Source: Patellaria atrata CBS 101060 (lineage: Eukaryota). Taken from it: a stretch of DNA of 64,000 bases. The notes below the pieces were generated by a model, which saw only the letters and a program-made list of their open reading frames with translations, had not been told where the DNA came from and made no database searches. The stretch spans positions 1,785,561 through 1,849,560 of the forward strand of contig MU006089.1 in assembly GCA_010093705.1 (NCBI GenBank). Direction: 5' to 3'. Positions 62,280-64,000 of the stretch are shown piece by piece (position 1 is the stretch's first letter; the number at the start of each line of letters is the position of its first letter). The translations under genes were made by a program, and so were the position numbers.

Positions 62280-63897
62280 ACTGAGTGAGGTGTAATATAG
62301 GGAATGATTCAAGAGGGGGGAAGGGAGTGATAAGAAGCCGTCGTTCAACGATGGTAGAAATTGTTAGCATGGACGGATACCCAGGAGGTGCTTGGACCCA
62401 GGAGGATGTCATTCGTTTGTTTGCTCATAGTCACAGTCGACTGTCTCATTCCGCTCCTGAACTTACACGTACAATGTATCTTCCAGCTTGCTGGAGCGAG
62501 TTAAACATTATTTTCTTTTAGCTATTCGATCTCTTCTCTTAGCACCCTCTCTTCTTCTTCAAATATAGAGGTAAATCTCTACTCTAGAACAGGACAAAAT
62601 GTGTTTTCTTTCAAGGATAATTTTGTAACATATCCTTGGAGCTTTATGTTAATGATCTCATCGTCTACCTCGTTTCTTGTGCGAAGCGAATCAAGATACG
62701 CTTAAATATCTAATACAAACAAACTATCTAATTTGTTATATGAGATAAGAGATAGTTTCACCGTGGAATCCAATATACCGAAACACCTTGGGTGTCTGTT
62801 CATGCCGACGGAAATCTGAAAGACCATGTCAAGTTGTAAATCCGTTGGTGTCCACAATGATTCTCTACTCCATCTAGACTAGTTGAACTATGAATTCCAG
62901 ATACTCCGTATCTGCAATCCCCGAACTTGCCGCAGAAATTCTATTGAATTCGCCTTAAAATAGCGACATGGCGTCTAAGTTACCCAAAGCAGCGCCCATT
63001 GCGTTAAGTCAAGGGCGATCTATTGGCGAGTAAACAAAACCTTTCCGCGAGTATAGCTGAGGTATTCTCCTCAAATAGATACAATCAAGGGTTGCACGAG
63101 CGCCACTATTAGACTGCGCCGCCTAATACTGCAGCTCGGATTTTGATTGCTCTCGAACTTACCTTACAGAAGCAAACTTTAGGCGAATGCACGCTAAGTC
63201 AGTATCTCTTCGGACGTCGGAACTACAGTCTACTATCTACTTATTATCTGCTGAAATAATCTGCGTAGTTGAAGCAGAGTCACTTGTTCAAGTACATGTA
63301 CAGCCGATTTATGTTACTTTCGAAACACAGCTGTATTTGATACCACTAATTTTATCTCTTAAACGTAGGTTTTCATACAACACTTAATTTTTCGAATTAA
63401 TTACCCGTTTATCTTAAGAGATGTTTAGCTTTGTTGATGTTATAACTTAACGGCTGATATTCCGTACTTGGCATTGCGGCGCATGTGAATTCCTTTTCGG
63501 ATCCAACTGGTTGCCCAACTCAGCCTCACCCTAGAGAGACCACCAAGAACAAAAACCAACTGCGGCTCTGTCCGTAGCATTATCTTTTTCTCCATCGCGC
63601 AATTGGTTCCACAGCGCTACCAAAATACCATCTCAAGCTTGCCTGCTTCGCCATGTGTTTGTCCACCTATTTTGGGAACTTAGGAAATGATATAAAGGTA
63701 AGTGACTTTCTTTCACTATGAAGGTATCATTCTCATACAGCATCAATTCCTAACAATCAAATCACTTACCTTGAGCCACTTCGATTTCTACTGTCGCTTT
63801 TACCTCTTTCTTTTTCCTTGACACAATTGCTCTTCCGTTTTGAACCTTTCGAACATCTATCGTTTTCTTTATTCTTCAACGGATCTTATCGATTGTT

Positions 63898-64000
63898 TCA
63901 AATCAATACAATGCGTTCCATCTCTTTCTCCAACGTACTCGTCTTCGGCGCCTCTTTCATCTCTTTCATCAGTGCCGCACCATTGACCGTCTCGGAGCGA
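63898..64000 (-). CDS. Possible C-terminal fragment of a gene entering from the right edge
   Basis: Open frame RSETVNGAALMKEMKEAPKTSTLEKEMERIVLI* ending at TGA 63898; too short to assign. Confidence 0.3.
   Translation of the reverse strand, partial: RSETVNGAALMKEMKEAPKTSTLEKEMERIVLI

Overview
Eukaryotic, gene-dense genomic DNA from a filamentous ascomycete (Pezizomycotina-like: short GT-AG introns with CTAAC/CTGAC branch sites, typical fungal proteins), with one 600-nt N gap. I can support about 25 protein-coding genes, whose exon structures I worked out by hand. They include SAM50, UBC6, a DAG/sphingoid-kinase-family protein, an Asteroid/XPG-like nuclease, a TBC Rab-GAP, a ROG1-like DUF676 lipase, two MFS transporters, a HAD hydrolase, PFA5, SPT8, an Hrr1/SAD-3/ZNFX1-type helicase, complex I 9.5-kDa subunit, WBP1 and several orphans. 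There is also an intron-containing tRNA-Tyr(GTA). No transposon ORFs or CRISPR arrays were seen. The most unusual items are: (1) a ~140-nt Pol III-type element at ~60.9-61.1 kb, with A box, B box and oligo-T terminator and a tRNA-Pro-like head, that cannot fold as a tRNA but forms a different multi-stem structure; (2) a tandem pair of diverged orphan paralogs carrying PP1-docking motifs; (3) an ORF-poor, apparently spliced and internally duplicated locus at ~36 kb; (4) a GC-AG intron; (5) a 9x12-bp array in a transporter 5' leader; (6) a recurrent C-rich to G-rich switch along coding strands. All calls come from reading the sequence; no database search or folding program was run.
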